Source: a virus
Virus record (IMG/VR): IMGVR_UViG_3300042549_007551
Location: 1 to 64,000 of that record
Direction: 5' to 3' (one strand)
Length of the DNA stretch: 64,000 nucleotides
In this document: piece by piece, positions 48,259 through 58,643 of the stretch
How the letters are laid out: every line of letters starts with the position of its first letter
Position numbering within the stretch: position 1 is the first letter of the stretch
Notes under the pieces: model-generated
What the model was told of the DNA's origin: nothing
Databases searched by the model: none
Seen by the model: the letters and a program-made list of their open reading frames with translations, nothing else
Translations under genes and position numbers: made by a program

Positions 48259-48746
48259 TTTTTGTTTCCTCCGTTATACTCTTCAATTTTTATTGAAAGG
48301 TATTTTTCAACCGTTTGAGTATTTTTAAAAAAGACGCCTAACATTTTATTTTGATCTTGAAAAGAAGTAATGTACTCATCAAATAAATTAGCAAGTTTAG
48401 TTAAGTCAGATTTTAGCATTTCAATTTGTTTATCTTTAGATGTTTTTAAAGTTAAAATTTCTTGCTCTTTACTTTGTACAACGTTTTGTAACACAGCTGT
48501 TTCATTTTTTGACTTATCTAAATGTTGACGTACACTGTGTTCATTAGCAACAATTTCTTCGTTACTTTTTTTAATAGATAACAATTCTTTTTTAAGCAAT
48601 GTAATTTCTTCTTTTAATTGTGGTAACAAAGCATTTTCTGCTTCTAACAAAATAATCTTTTTAAAAAGTTCTTTTTCATTACTAACAAACACCGGACTTT
48701 TTTCCATTGTTTCTTCTTTTAATTCAAGTTCTTTTTTAGTTGCCAT
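48255..48746 (-). CDS. Coiled-coil protein in the tail module
   Basis: ORF with GGTGAGG RBS and TGATACAAT extended -10 at 48764-48772. Confidence 0.7.
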   Translation of the reverse strand: MATKKELELKEETMEKSPVFVSNEKELFKKIILLEAENALLPQLKEEITLLKKELLSIKKSNEEIVANEHSVRQHLDKSKNETAVLQNVVQSKEQEILTLKTSKDKQIEMLKSDLTKLANLFDEYITSFQDQNKMLGVFFKNTQTVEKYLSIKIEEYNGGNKK

Positions 48747-48777
48747 AAATTCCTCACCTTTTTATTGTATCACAAAT

Positions 48778-49182
48778 TTAAAACTCAAACCAAATATCAT
48801 TTGTTTTATTATTGGTTGGTGGCGTATCTGATACAACAACTTTATTAGCAGTCGTTGCTTTAAACGCTTCAGTAGTTCCGTCATAACGAATAAACTGTCC
48901 GTCTTGCAAGTTAGCAATATTAAATTGTGCAAGTATACTTAAAAGTGTATTAATAACCCCTTCATCTTCAAATTCATTAAGCCCAGTGGTAACACTAGTA
49001 TAAGTACCGAACAAAGCTTTATGTAATTTTTCAAGATACTCGACGGTTACGTTAGCTTGAAGTTTAAGTGTATTAACAACTTGATTCCATTCTTGGATCG
49101 TTAAACTATTCGCGGCTTGTTTAACTTGTTCTACGATGCCGTTTCTAACTAATGTGGGTTTCTTTTCAAGAAAAACTGCCAT
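48778..49182 (-). CDS. Putative tail-fibre anchor/adaptor protein
   Basis: C-terminal VSDTPPT..DIWFEF fibre-type motif. Confidence 0.55.
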   Translation of the reverse strand: MAVFLEKKPTLVRNGIVEQVKQAANSLTIQEWNQVVNTLKLQANVTVEYLEKLHKALFGTYTSVTTGLNEFEDEGVINTLLSILAQFNIANLQDGQFIRYDGTTEAFKATTANKVVVSDTPPTNNKTNDIWFEF

Positions 49183-49183
49183 G

Positions 49184-49651
49184 TTATTTGTTTACTACGC
49201 CTAACACGTAGCCTTTTGAAAGAAGGTACAGTTCTTTATACTTGAGATGAAATGCATCAAACACACTAGCAACTGCCATGCTTCCAAACAATACAATGAC
49301 TGTTTCAAAGTATGATGTAAACGCTACATCAATTGCATTTTCTATCACATACTTAAGTGTAAGACCTAATGTAATTAAAACAATAAACAATAATATCTTT
49401 GGGCTCGCTTTAACTAAACCTTTAAATAGACTAGGTTCCCATGCGCTAACCCATTGTGGTATGTCTGACGCTAGTTTAATAATTCCTATGGTGCCTACAA
49501 TAATCGTTGGCATAACCAGTCTACTGGAAACAGGCGTCTCAGTAAAACCTAACTTAATTGCAAAGTATGCAAAAGGTAAAACATATCCTATTAGAAATCC
49601 AATCCAATAGTAAGTATTTTTTAACTTTGCATAGTTAAGTGTGGTGCTCAT
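49184..49651 (-). CDS. Four-TM membrane protein (holin-like candidate)
   Basis: Four hydrophobic helices; late operon. Confidence 0.55.
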   Translation of the reverse strand: MSTTLNYAKLKNTYYWIGFLIGYVLPFAYFAIKLGFTETPVSSRLVMPTIIVGTIGIIKLASDIPQWVSAWEPSLFKGLVKASPKILLFIVLITLGLTLKYVIENAIDVAFTSYFETVIVLFGSMAVASVFDAFHLKYKELYLLSKGYVLGVVNK

Positions 49652-50151
49652 TACTTAGCTCCTACGTATTTACTTAATAAATCTCCTGCGGCTTTAACAA
49701 CAGTTTCAACTGTTTGTGCAACCACTTCTTGGCTTACAACTGGTTTAGGTAATGCTGGTGTAACACCTGCACTTCCTTCAGAAACAACAGGCTTAACTGT
49801 CATTAACTTAGTAAACTCTTCTTGTAAAGATAGTTTATCTTCAATTGGAAGTTTAGATGCAATGACAATATACGACAATGCCTTGAATGTAGCTAGGTTA
49901 ACTTGTTCTAGGTAACGATCCTTAGCTTCTAATTCTTGATGTCTTGCTTCTAAAGCATTGTACTTTTGCGCAATGTCTTTGACTAACTGATTAGAGTTAG
50001 ATAATTGACCAGTGCTTTGCATACGTAATGCATTGAATTGCAAGATAGACTTAACTTGCACAACAATAAACGTTAGCAGTGTACCTACGGTCACACCACC
50101 TGCAATCGACACTCCCCAATACTCTTCTAAAAATTGAATAACTTGTTCCAT
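49651..50151 (-). CDS. N-terminally anchored membrane/coiled-coil protein
   Basis: One TM segment near the N-terminus followed by coiled coil; GAGGA RBS. Confidence 0.7.
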   Translation of the reverse strand: MEQVIQFLEEYWGVSIAGGVTVGTLLTFIVVQVKSILQFNALRMQSTGQLSNSNQLVKDIAQKYNALEARHQELEAKDRYLEQVNLATFKALSYIVIASKLPIEDKLSLQEEFTKLMTVKPVVSEGSAGVTPALPKPVVSQEVVAQTVETVVKAAGDLLSKYVGAK

Positions 50152-50168
50152 AAATTATTCCTCCTTTC

Positions 50169-51119
50169 TTATTTTGTTACGTTACCTGCAGGATTACCTG
50201 TAGATACACGATTACTTGTCTCAGTCCACTGTGAAGCGGTCCACTTACTTGGGTCAGATCCGTATAAACTGGTCATCTGACGTATTGTTTGTTGATATGG
50301 ATCACCTGCATCTGAAGCAGCCATTGCTGAACCAATCTGACCACGTGCATTAGCTTGATTAAGAAAGTCTGCGTAAGCTTGATCTTGCGACGTGTTCATA
50401 CCAATCTGTGCTTCAAGTCTACCTTGGTTTAACATCTGTGCGTTTTGATTTAATGTATTTACATTTGTCATTAACATCTGCATATCTTGATTTGCAATTT
50501 GTGATTCACTCATACCTGCTCGTAAACGTGCTAATCGTTCGCTGCGTACTTGATCTGTAATTTGTTTTACTGTACTTGCTTGCTGCATAGCCGCTTGTTG
50601 GAATCCAACATCTGCCATGGTTGCAGCTTGTTGTGCTTGGTTTGCATAAGATTCTTCTAATCGACCTAGCATTTCTGCTCCACCAGTACCGGGTTTTAAT
50701 GAATACACATCTTGATAATACTGATTAAAGGCATCTACTTGACCTTCAGCGTTTGTTGGGGCTTCAATACCCCGTGTTATAAGTTCGCCTGTTTCTTTGT
50801 TATACGTATTACCTGCAACGTCGAATCCTAATTTAGTTGCATTCAAATTAATAATTTGATTCATCGCAGCTTTTACGTTTTTAAAACGTTCAGATCCTTC
50901 ACGGTTACCACCAGCATCTATAAGCTGTTCAGCCAGCAACTCCGCGTCAGTAAGCGGTCTGCCTAAAGAAACTATTTTTGCTAATAATCTATCTCTTTCT
51001 TCTGCATCTAAATTCCAGTTAGCATCAGTTCCTGCAACAGTTGTATTATATTCAACACCATTTACAGTTCCTGTAGTACCACCAAACTGTTGTAAATTTA
51101 GTTTAAATTTTAACTTCAT
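50169..51119 (-). CDS. Putative ejection/DNA pilot protein
   Basis: Gln/Ala/Met-rich helical composition, no Cys, follows the tail nozzle gene as in podoviruses. Confidence 0.55.
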   Translation of the reverse strand: MKLKFKLNLQQFGGTTGTVNGVEYNTTVAGTDANWNLDAEERDRLLAKIVSLGRPLTDAELLAEQLIDAGGNREGSERFKNVKAAMNQIINLNATKLGFDVAGNTYNKETGELITRGIEAPTNAEGQVDAFNQYYQDVYSLKPGTGGAEMLGRLEESYANQAQQAATMADVGFQQAAMQQASTVKQITDQVRSERLARLRAGMSESQIANQDMQMLMTNVNTLNQNAQMLNQGRLEAQIGMNTSQDQAYADFLNQANARGQIGSAMAASDAGDPYQQTIRQMTSLYGSDPSKWTASQWTETSNRVSTGNPAGNVTK

Positions 51120-51562
51120 ACGATTTCTCCTTTCTCTTCTATCTCTTTAATAACAGCAGCTAAACGTAATTGTTCATCAATTAACTTTTGTTTTTCATCT
51201 AAAAGAGCTTGTTTTAAAACACGTATTTCTTCTTCAAGCTTGTATAAGTAGTCTTCAATATTAGGACGAATAGGCTTCTGTCCTAATATCTGATAAACAT
51301 TATACGGCAAATTAGAAACATATGTACGCACAATATGATTGTTGTCATCTAATAACTCTACTTTAACATTTATAATTTGTTGTTCTAGAGAAATATAAAT
51401 GTACTCTTTATTACCTCTAAATAATTTTTCATTAAGATACAACACAGGATGCAAGTGCTGTGTGTTTGGTTCAAAAACATACTCAACATATGTACGTTCA
51501 ACCAATTCAGGCACATACATTGTTTCAATAAGTACCTTTCCGTCTATTAATTTTAATATCAT
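51116..51562 (-). CDS. Hypothetical virion-module protein
   Basis: Translationally coupled ORF. Confidence 0.7.
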   Translation of the reverse strand: MILKLIDGKVLIETMYVPELVERTYVEYVFEPNTQHLHPVLYLNEKLFRGNKEYIYISLEQQIINVKVELLDDNNHIVRTYVSNLPYNVYQILGQKPIRPNIEDYLYKLEEEIRVLKQALLDEKQKLIDEQLRLAAVIKEIEEKGEIV

Positions 51563-54500
51563 ACTCTTCTCTCCTTATAGATAATACCAAAATGTTGAAG
51601 CTTATATAAACCTTTTGATACAAATTGAAGTTTTAATCTAAATACTTTACCCATACCAAGAATCGAAGTACGATGCGTAAGTAACTTACTGGATGTGTAC
51701 TCAGAAAAATCTAATAACAAGTTATTATTTTCAAATGTATTATTAATTAAAGAGTACTTTAAAGCATCCGATGCTGTTTCTGATATTTGGTTTACTTGAA
51801 CAAGTTGCGTTAAATCATTATAATTTGATTTAATAATAGGTATAAAATAACTAGCACCACCAATTTCTTGTACTTCTAGTACTGTATTATAAAAAGGTTT
51901 TGCAATAATTTCATCAATATTAGTTTCTAAATTAAATAACAAGTCACTTGCATTAAGATTTTTAAATACAACATGTAGATCACGAAACCGTTTAGTTAAA
52001 TGATTATTAAGATTTAAGTTACCTGTATCAATTAAACAGTTAATAGCTTCTTTTTTAAAGTTATCTGTTATAGTTTGATCAACATAATTATCACGTGTGT
52101 TGTTTTCTACAAAAGGAAACGTAAAGTATATATTATTATTTAGTTCTGTTACATAAACTTCGCCACTTTCAATAAACCATTTATCATAGATACTTGAAAT
52201 AGTAAGTGTATCTTCAGCGTAGTACCTATTATTTAAAACATCATAAACTAAAGTATACGTAATTAAACCTGGCACATAATAGAATATTTTAATATAGTTA
52301 ATAGAAATTAACGCTTTAATTTTTATATCTGATTTTTGCACTCTTTCTTTTTTTCCATAGCTCACTAATCTTTCGTTCATGTAGACTTCATAATTTTTTA
52401 ATATATCATTAGCTGCCTTATTCATGTATTGAATACTAAATCTAGTTTGATCATCAATTGTTGTGCTAGGTCTAATCATGAATAACTGTCCATCTTCGGA
52501 ATAAAATAAAACCATTTGATTAAAAATTTGTATAACATCTGCGTAGTTTTTATTAACTAATAAATTATATAAGACAGCTTGTTTTACCCATGCAATACCT
52601 GTAACAACTTGTTCAAGTTGGTTTGTAGCAGGATTAATTGTAGTAGTAGTTGTTTCTAAACGATATACAGCATAAAGATTTTGAGTTGTAAAAACTAAAA
52701 TAATTGTTTTATATTGAATAGCTTTAACTATTTCTTCATTAAACTCTAATTTATTTTTATCTTTAAACCAATAGAAACGTCCTACTTCTGATATATAAAG
52801 AACATTTTTATACCACGTTAATAAAATACTGCTTTCAAAAACAGCAATATTATTTGTAACTTGTATATCTTCAGGTTCTTTTGTAATTACTTTTTCAATA
52901 TAAGTAACTGTTAAATTATCATAACCATATTGTTTAACAGGCATTGTTTGTATTAAAGCTGTAGCACCCCAAGCAACTTGTAATGTTTGTAACTCAGTAT
53001 ATGTTTTATTTGAAAGCTCAGATTCTTCGTAAGGCTTCATATAAAATATAACGCTTAGACCTTTATCAAAAAAACCAGCAGTATTTAAATCAGCGTTGTT
53101 ATGAAGCTCTGTTAACAACCCGTTACTACCAGTAGGATTTTCCCAAATATAAAATTTTGCATCAGCATTGTTATAATAAATTTGATTTTTAATAAATAAA
53201 ACTAAAGGAGGTGAACCACCACCGTTATTAATCCATTGATTGTTTGTACCTGCACCATCCTGTATAAATTTACTTCCATTACTCGTACCGTCTACGCCTA
53301 TAACTTGTATAACTGTCCCTTGAATAGCGTATACAGTACTATCAGGAGTAGTCGATCGATAATAAGGAGGCTGACCTGTTGAACCAAAACTTTCTGAAGA
53401 AAACGTTATCGGAGTTTTACCTACATTTTTTAGTATATTTAAATTAGTTTCTAAACTATAAGTACCATTTAAAACATTATATTTATAAAAACCGTAATTA
53501 TTATTAACAAAAAAACTATTATGTACGGTGTTATATAAATCAAATTGATTGATCAACGTTGTTACATATGGTAAAAATTGATTGTTTGCAACACCTTGAT
53601 ACAGACTCCATGTTCTTTTATCAAAGTATCGGAAGGTTGTAGTTGTTGTTGCCGGCAAAGAAATTGCATTGGTTTTAATTAAAAACCATTCTGTTTTATT
53701 TTTAAAAGTTTTAACAGTTTCATTTTCATTTAATGTTAAGGTAATTTGAATAGGTTCGTTTTTAAAATTAGTTGGACCAGAACTTCCATTACCTAGTTGA
53801 CCTTCATCACCGTTTCCCCAAGTATAAATTTTACCCAAGTTTGTAATAAACATATTTGTAAAATTATAAACTGAACCTGATGCTGCATCACCAAATGCAG
53901 TATTAAACTCTGTAATAAATTCATCATTACTTAAACCATTAAAATTTAAAACAGCTGGTGTTTGATTTATGTCAGCACCAAATCTACTTCCAAAAATAAT
54001 TACTTTGTTTGTGTTTGTTAACAAATAAGTTGAACGATAACCAGCAATAATTTTAACAATAGTTTCATCTATTTCTAGTAAATCTATTTCAATTAATGTT
54101 GGAGTTACTACATTAGACAAAGCAGAAGCTTCGCTTAACTGACCGTAAATATTACTACCTGTCCCAAACACTCTTCCAAAATTAGTTAAAAAAATACTAT
54201 GAGTATAACCAGCACTAACACTAGTAATAATTTCTCCATCTTTTAATGAAGACCCAAAAGAAACTAAAGTTGGACTTGTTTTTAAAACATTATCACCGAC
54301 ACCAAGTCGTCCGTCTAGATTATATCCCCAAGAAAAAACACGCCCTTGATTTGTTAAAATAACATTATGTAAATTTGCCGAAGTTATTTGAACAATTTTT
54401 TCATTTGTATTTAAAGTAGACAGAACACCAAAATTTGTAATGCTTAAAGGTGCGGTGTTTCCAGTAGTTGTATTACCTCTACCAAGTTCACCATTACTGT

Positions 54501-57297
54501 TGGAACCCCAAGTATATAAAGTTCCTGCTGTAGTTAAAAGCATACCGTGATTTGATCCTGATGAAATTGCTTTTGGTGCAAATGCAACGCCACCTATGGT
54601 GCTTATTTCAACAGGTATGTTACTTTGAGTTGTTGTACCGTTACCTAATTGACCACTAGTATTTTTACCAAAACTAAATAGTCTATTAGATGTTATTAAA
54701 TAACTATGACCGTCTCCTACAGCTGCTCCTAAAAAATTTGTAAAATTTGCACTACCACTTGTTAATAACGTAGGTTCATCTCGCGTTGTTGTATCATTTA
54801 AACCTAACTGACCTGTAGAGTTATAACCCCAAACAAACACGCGGTTGTTTGTAGTAATTACTATTTTATGATCAGCTTCAGTCCCGCTAGAAATATTTAA
54901 ATCAATATAAGAATTTTCATATATGTTTGTTCCAACCTGTATACGTTGTTTATTTTTAACATCGGTATTAGATAGTGAACTTGCAACATAAAGTTGTTGA
55001 TCTTTAAACAACGCATTACTTTCTAAAAATCTGACGTTAGGTGTTGCCGGGTCTGTAGTTTCGTTTACAATACTTCCAAAAAACCAACGGTAGCTAACGA
55101 CCGATGTATTATCTCTATCAATAGTTGTATGTGTTTCATTTACAACAAAAGGTAACAATCTAAAAGTAATGCTAGATTTTTTAAACTCTAATTTTTTATC
55201 TTCTATTATTTTTAAAAGTTCTGCACCTGTTAAAAAATTTGCAGCGTAATCTTCGTTACTACTAGAATCTTTTTCAATTGTATATTTTGTTTGATACAAG
55301 TCTTTTAAAGTTTTAAATTCAGCATTAAAAGGATTTAATGGCGTAGTTGCTTGTAAGTCAACTACATAAAATAGTGTATTAGTAAATAAAGGTATAGAAT
55401 TTTTTAAACTTATAATATCTTTAACACCATTTGTTATATTTGTCCAAGTAGTTTTAAGACTAGTGTATGTATTTGAAGTAGGATAATTTGGATAATCCTT
55501 TTTAAATTCACCTGACGCGTGCGAAGAAGTTGTACTAATGGTTGTGTTAGGTTCATTAGGTACAACAAAAATAATATATCGTGCATTACGATAATGATTC
55601 AAAGTAATATTATCATTGCCTAAAACAAACTGACCAGTACGAATTTGTTCTGTATCTGTAAATACTCTTGCAGGTTTTGTCGTGTTATTAATATACTTTA
55701 ACCATGGACTAGAATAAATAGCGTCAACATTAGGACTATTAAAGTCTGTAATTGAAGTATTAACAACTTCAAATTTATACGCCCATTTATCAGTTGCACT
55801 GTTTTCATTATTTAAATCATAAAAAGCTGGGTTTAATTGAAAGTATGGTTTGATATTATAGTTAGTATTTCGATATATAAAGTTATTAACATAATTTAAA
55901 ACATCATCATATACATAAATAAAGTTTCCTAAATTACTTATTTGCCCACTAGGTCTATTACCTTCTGTAAATAATGTTTGAAAACTATTAGGTATAATTG
56001 ATTTACTAACAGAGACACTTCGTTCTGTAGGAATTAAAGTAGGGTGTGTGAAAGTATCAACAATATCTATATTTAAAGTATTAGCTGGGTACGTAATATC
56101 CCCAACAGAAAAACTATCTTTACGATAATACAATTGTAAAATAAATTTAAAGTTAGATGTGTTTGGAATTACTAACTCTGCTTTTAATAATGTTTTATGT
56201 ACACCATTCTCATCATAAATATGCTCGACTTTACTGTCGCTAAGTATTTTAATATTTGCTTGAACATACGTTTGTACATCATCTAACTTTTCTTGATTTG
56301 TACCAGCTGCATTACTGTATAAAGTCTGTAAATAAGTTATTTCATTAATTAAAATTTCTAAAGTACTAAAAGGACGATCTTCTGTACTACGCCAATTAAA
56401 GTTTACTATTTTTGTAGTTACAGGTAGTAGTTTGTCTTTAATATGATAAGCACTAATATCTGCAATATAACCTTTATTATTTTCAAAGTCATAAATAACA
56501 TATTCATTGATATTGTTGTCTTTAAAAATAATTGTTTGATTACTAAAAGATAAATAATTTATATTTAACTTGGTATATACATTAGGGTTACCGCCGTAGT
56601 TTTGTTGTGCAGTAGTGTTAATTATAACACCTTCCCATTCATTAACATCCCAAGTTGTTGTTGGATTTAAAACAGTAATTTTCCTACGTATAGAATAATT
56701 AGCAGTAGATCCTGATGGTACTAAAGACCACCCTGTTCCAGGATCAACTCCAATAACACCGAACGCATCTAAAAGATTATTGTTTTTAAACAAACCAATC
56801 GCATCATCACCATTAAAAGTCATAACATCGTTTCCTACAGTTTTATGAACTGCGGCAGCTATACCCGGAAAGTTGTTAAGACTTAAAGTACTTTTGTACA
56901 CAATATACATTGTGTTGTGCGGTAGTACAATATTAGGTAAAATAAAAGTATGACTAGGACTTCCTAAAACTGCACCGTTTAAAAAAACTTTTAAACTGTA
57001 AGAGTTTAAAAATACTATGTCACCTGTTCCATTAAAAATTTCAATGTATGTGTTGTCCGAATTTCCTTCGTAAACTTCTGATATAAATAAATCTGAAGCA
57101 AATTCAGTGTTTGTTAATGTTGTTGTTAATAAACCTTTTCTTGGTGTAACAGATTGACCAGTATCTGAAACATTAAAGTTAACCATGTGTTTAAACAATC
57201 CTTCGTTTAAAGGATCAGTAGTTGCGACAATCCCTAGGTATCTAGTATTGTCGTAGTATGATTTTTCAGGGTATCCCTGTACAGCTTTTCTAGCCAT
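51559..57297 (-). CDS. Tail nozzle / tubular-protein-B-like protein (1,912 aa) with inserted lamin-tail domain and RCC1 repeats
   Basis: Directly after the adaptor. N-terminal NFNVSDTGQSVTPRKG and C-terminal KRFRDL..FRLKL podoviral-nozzle-like ends; LFISEVYEG..FNGDDAIGL (LTD); repeated WGxNxxGQLG (RCC1). Confidence 0.7.
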   Translation of the reverse strand: MARKAVQGYPEKSYYDNTRYLGIVATTDPLNEGLFKHMVNFNVSDTGQSVTPRKGLLTTTLTNTEFASDLFISEVYEGNSDNTYIEIFNGTGDIVFLNSYSLKVFLNGAVLGSPSHTFILPNIVLPHNTMYIVYKSTLSLNNFPGIAAAVHKTVGNDVMTFNGDDAIGLFKNNNLLDAFGVIGVDPGTGWSLVPSGSTANYSIRRKITVLNPTTTWDVNEWEGVIINTTAQQNYGGNPNVYTKLNINYLSFSNQTIIFKDNNINEYVIYDFENNKGYIADISAYHIKDKLLPVTTKIVNFNWRSTEDRPFSTLEILINEITYLQTLYSNAAGTNQEKLDDVQTYVQANIKILSDSKVEHIYDENGVHKTLLKAELVIPNTSNFKFILQLYYRKDSFSVGDITYPANTLNIDIVDTFTHPTLIPTERSVSVSKSIIPNSFQTLFTEGNRPSGQISNLGNFIYVYDDVLNYVNNFIYRNTNYNIKPYFQLNPAFYDLNNENSATDKWAYKFEVVNTSITDFNSPNVDAIYSSPWLKYINNTTKPARVFTDTEQIRTGQFVLGNDNITLNHYRNARYIIFVVPNEPNTTISTTSSHASGEFKKDYPNYPTSNTYTSLKTTWTNITNGVKDIISLKNSIPLFTNTLFYVVDLQATTPLNPFNAEFKTLKDLYQTKYTIEKDSSSNEDYAANFLTGAELLKIIEDKKLEFKKSSITFRLLPFVVNETHTTIDRDNTSVVSYRWFFGSIVNETTDPATPNVRFLESNALFKDQQLYVASSLSNTDVKNKQRIQVGTNIYENSYIDLNISSGTEADHKIVITTNNRVFVWGYNSTGQLGLNDTTTRDEPTLLTSGSANFTNFLGAAVGDGHSYLITSNRLFSFGKNTSGQLGNGTTTQSNIPVEISTIGGVAFAPKAISSGSNHGMLLTTAGTLYTWGSNSNGELGRGNTTTGNTAPLSITNFGVLSTLNTNEKIVQITSANLHNVILTNQGRVFSWGYNLDGRLGVGDNVLKTSPTLVSFGSSLKDGEIITSVSAGYTHSIFLTNFGRVFGTGSNIYGQLSEASALSNVVTPTLIEIDLLEIDETIVKIIAGYRSTYLLTNTNKVIIFGSRFGADINQTPAVLNFNGLSNDEFITEFNTAFGDAASGSVYNFTNMFITNLGKIYTWGNGDEGQLGNGSSGPTNFKNEPIQITLTLNENETVKTFKNKTEWFLIKTNAISLPATTTTTFRYFDKRTWSLYQGVANNQFLPYVTTLINQFDLYNTVHNSFFVNNNYGFYKYNVLNGTYSLETNLNILKNVGKTPITFSSESFGSTGQPPYYRSTTPDSTVYAIQGTVIQVIGVDGTSNGSKFIQDGAGTNNQWINNGGGSPPLVLFIKNQIYYNNADAKFYIWENPTGSNGLLTELHNNADLNTAGFFDKGLSVIFYMKPYEESELSNKTYTELQTLQVAWGATALIQTMPVKQYGYDNLTVTYIEKVITKEPEDIQVTNNIAVFESSILLTWYKNVLYISEVGRFYWFKDKNKLEFNEEIVKAIQYKTIILVFTTQNLYAVYRLETTTTTINPATNQLEQVVTGIAWVKQAVLYNLLVNKNYADVIQIFNQMVLFYSEDGQLFMIRPSTTIDDQTRFSIQYMNKAANDILKNYEVYMNERLVSYGKKERVQKSDIKIKALISINYIKIFYYVPGLITYTLVYDVLNNRYYAEDTLTISSIYDKWFIESGEVYVTELNNNIYFTFPFVENNTRDNYVDQTITDNFKKEAINCLIDTGNLNLNNHLTKRFRDLHVVFKNLNASDLLFNLETNIDEIIAKPFYNTVLEVQEIGGASYFIPIIKSNYNDLTQLVQVNQISETASDALKYSLINNTFENNNLLLDFSEYTSSKLLTHRTSILGMGKVFRLKLQFVSKGLYKLQHFGIIYKERRV

Positions 57298-58621
57298 TAT
57301 AGCCCCATATAAATTCTACTGTATAACTGTTACTACCGTCTAAAGTAGTTGGTGCAAAACAATTAGGGTGCCAACCAGTTGTACCGTTCCATACTGGTTT
57401 ATTAATTTCTAAACGTCTTAATTTAATAACAATGCGTTTACCTGCTACAAGTGGAAAAGCGTTTTCTTGTATAGTTGTCACACTAGCAGGGATAATAATC
57501 TCTACTAACTTAGGTGTGTTCGCAAAAGCATTGGTTTGTATTGTTACAAGACCTTCATTTAAGTTAATATTATTTCCTCTGAAACGATTAAAAGCGTTTG
57601 TTTCTAACGTTCGTATTGTACTAGGAAGTGTAATGCCCTGTGTTAATTTATCTAGTGCTTCTGTAGGTAATGTACCATCACTATTATTAACAAACTGTGA
57701 AGGAATTGTTACAGGCACAAGTCCATTAACTTCGTTAGGAATTGTTAAACTAACCATACTATTTCTATATGTAGCAGAAATAGAAACTCTAAACAGCGAC
57801 GATGCAGATTCAACTGTAAGAATCGGTGTAGAACTCCACGTGGCAAACAGATTTAAATCACTTCTCATAATAACTGTAGCCGCCGTTCCAGCAGGATAGT
57901 TAGCAGTAGCATTAGTAGTACTTTTAGTCCAACCTAAAAATGTGTAGATTTTATCATATTTTGTTGAAAAGTAAGTACTATCTGGAAATAAAATTGTAGC
58001 AACTTTATCATAAATATAAGCATTTGTATCTTTTGTAAATGCTGTAGGCAATATAATATCATTGTTATTTGGGAAGTAATTAACTCTAAATTTAAATGTT
58101 GGTACGTTTAAGTTACGTTGATTGTGTTGACTAATACCTTCTTGACTGTCTAATGAAAAAAATACACCTTGATCTGGGTTTTGTCGAAACTCAAAAGGCA
58201 CTCTATTAAATTCTTTTTGAAACATATCGTATAAACCTTCTTGCATTTCAAGCAAGTACTTATTATAGATAGTTGTAAACTCTTCATCACGTGCTAGTAT
58301 TTCTGCCGCAATGTAAGGAATAATAATACTGTGAAAGTATTCTTCTGGAATAATTTCATACTCTGTAGCTTCTTCAATAAGCTCTCCTGCTCCATCATAT
58401 TGTTCTTCACCGTCTTCGTCTAGTATAGGTTTTGATGTAGTCGTAGTATAAGATTTAGTGGGATCAGTCATTACGGTTGAAATTTTAGGATACTTTGTAC
58501 CTAAAAAGTTATTGATTTTATTAATAGCTTTATCTGCATCATACTTAATATCAAACCAAGTAAGGTTATACCTCAAGGTTAATTGGTTAAGACGTACCAA
58601 CAATTCTTCTTGTGTTATCAT
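57290..58621 (-). CDS. Head-tail adaptor-like protein fused to InlB-B-repeat-like and BspA-type LRR domains
   Basis: N-terminal helical adaptor-like region (IPEEYFHSIIIPYIAA); YTFLGW..LFATW; LPSTIRTLETNAF / LNEGLVTIQTNAF / IPASVTTIQENAF repeats. Confidence 0.7.
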   Translation of the reverse strand: MITQEELLVRLNQLTLRYNLTWFDIKYDADKAINKINNFLGTKYPKISTVMTDPTKSYTTTTSKPILDEDGEEQYDGAGELIEEATEYEIIPEEYFHSIIIPYIAAEILARDEEFTTIYNKYLLEMQEGLYDMFQKEFNRVPFEFRQNPDQGVFFSLDSQEGISQHNQRNLNVPTFKFRVNYFPNNNDIILPTAFTKDTNAYIYDKVATILFPDSTYFSTKYDKIYTFLGWTKSTTNATANYPAGTAATVIMRSDLNLFATWSSTPILTVESASSLFRVSISATYRNSMVSLTIPNEVNGLVPVTIPSQFVNNSDGTLPTEALDKLTQGITLPSTIRTLETNAFNRFRGNNINLNEGLVTIQTNAFANTPKLVEIIIPASVTTIQENAFPLVAGKRIVIKLRRLEINKPVWNGTTGWHPNCFAPTTLDGSNSYTVEFIWGYNG

Positions 58622-58643
58622 TTCAAAAAGTCCTCACATGTTG

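Noticed and set aside
42654-48328. + strand Val/Pro/Ala-rich ORFs opposite the tail fibres, and similar ones opposite the capsid gene (38544-39587)
   Set aside because: Antisense artefacts of Thr/Gly/Ala codons.
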